From positions 58,836,089-58,900,088 of the forward strand of contig NC_057719.1 of NCBI RefSeq assembly GCF_004010195.1: DNA of 64,000 nucleotides. The letters run 5' to 3'. Shown here in pieces: positions 63,130-64,000 of this stretch (positions are counted from its first letter, which is position 1; every line of letters begins with the position of its first letter). The position numbers and the translations under genes are program-made. Source of the DNA: Chiloscyllium plagiosum (Eukaryota). The notes beneath the pieces were generated by a model. The model ran no database searches. It worked only from the letters and a program-made list of their open reading frames with translations, and had not been told where the DNA came from.

Positions 63130-64000
63130 CGGTGCCAGAAGCAGAGAGTAGGCATAAATGGATCATTTTCAGATTGGCACACACAGTGCCAAAGAAATTG
63201 GTGCTGGGGTTAAACTATTTACTGTATATATCAATGACTTGAATGAAGGGACTGAATATCTGTTTGTTAAAATTTGCTGATGACATGATGAGAGGTTTCA
63301 AAGTAAGTTATGAAGAGGACATAATAAGTCGGCGAAGTGATATCGATAGATTAAGTGAGTGAGCAAAGATTTAGCAGATGATGTATAATGTAGGAAAATG
63401 TGAACTTGTCTACCTTCGCAGGAAAAATTAAAAAATAACAGCATATTATTGACATAGAGAGAGACTGCAGAATTCTGCTTTACAGAGGGAACTTGATGTC
63501 CTGGTACGTGAAACACAAAAAATTAGCATGCAGATTAGGAACCCAAATTAAATTTTGTCATTTAATGCAAATGGAGTGGAATATAGAGGAAGTGATGTTT
63601 TGCTGTGGTCATATAGGATTTTGATGAGACCATGCCTAAAATACCCAGAAATATTTTGTTTTGTTCCTGAAGAAAGGCTAAAATTGCATTAGAAACATTG
63701 CAGGGAAGGTTCACTTTAACTGATGAAGTGTTTATCTTAAAAGGATAGGATGGATTGTTTGGTCCTATCTCCAATGGAATTTAGAGGATTTAGAGGTGAT
63801 TTCACTGAAACATGTAAGATCAAAAGTGAACCCGTTAGGTAGATGATCTAGAACCAGGGGAAACAATTTACAACTCAAGGTTCTCTCATTTAAGGTAGAG
63901 ATGTGGAGAAATCTTTGTGGGTCTGTGGAATTCTCTTCCCCAGAAAGCAGTGGAGGCAGAGTCATTAAATATTTTAAATTCAGCAGGAGATGGATTCTTG
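63130..64000 (+). mobile_element. Old CR1 RT/3' fragment running off the window
   Basis: LFTVYINDLNEG, KFADD motifs; heavily frameshifted. Confidence 0.75.

Overview
Eukaryotic, AT-rich, repeat-dense vertebrate DNA. It is almost certainly from a cartilaginous fish (shark), judged from two HE1-type V-SINEs and shark-type CR1 and Penelope repeats. The whole window lies inside one + strand multi-exon gene. I can chain 14 GT-AG exons (3941-60625) into one phase-consistent, stop-free frame of 2809 nt (about 936 codons). It encodes a long non-repeat N-terminal region followed by the start of a TPR array, best matching TTC6. That name is from recognition, not a database search, and neither the start nor the stop codon is in the window. 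The introns hold CR1 LINEs (one near full-length, several nested), Penelope-like elements (PLEs), SINEs, a miniature LTR element, Harbinger and Tigger-like remnants, a minisatellite and a 663-N gap. The most notable structure is a family of ~170-225 bp near-perfect hairpin insertions. Each has a 12-16 bp target-site duplication and an unpaired ~33-36 nt tail, and the best-preserved copies carry a minimal hammerhead-ribozyme core. A 1.6 kb RT/GIY-YIG Penelope copy in the same window shares their ends, so they are probably fold-back PLE products rather than MITEs. I found no prokaryotic-type system (CRISPR etc.).
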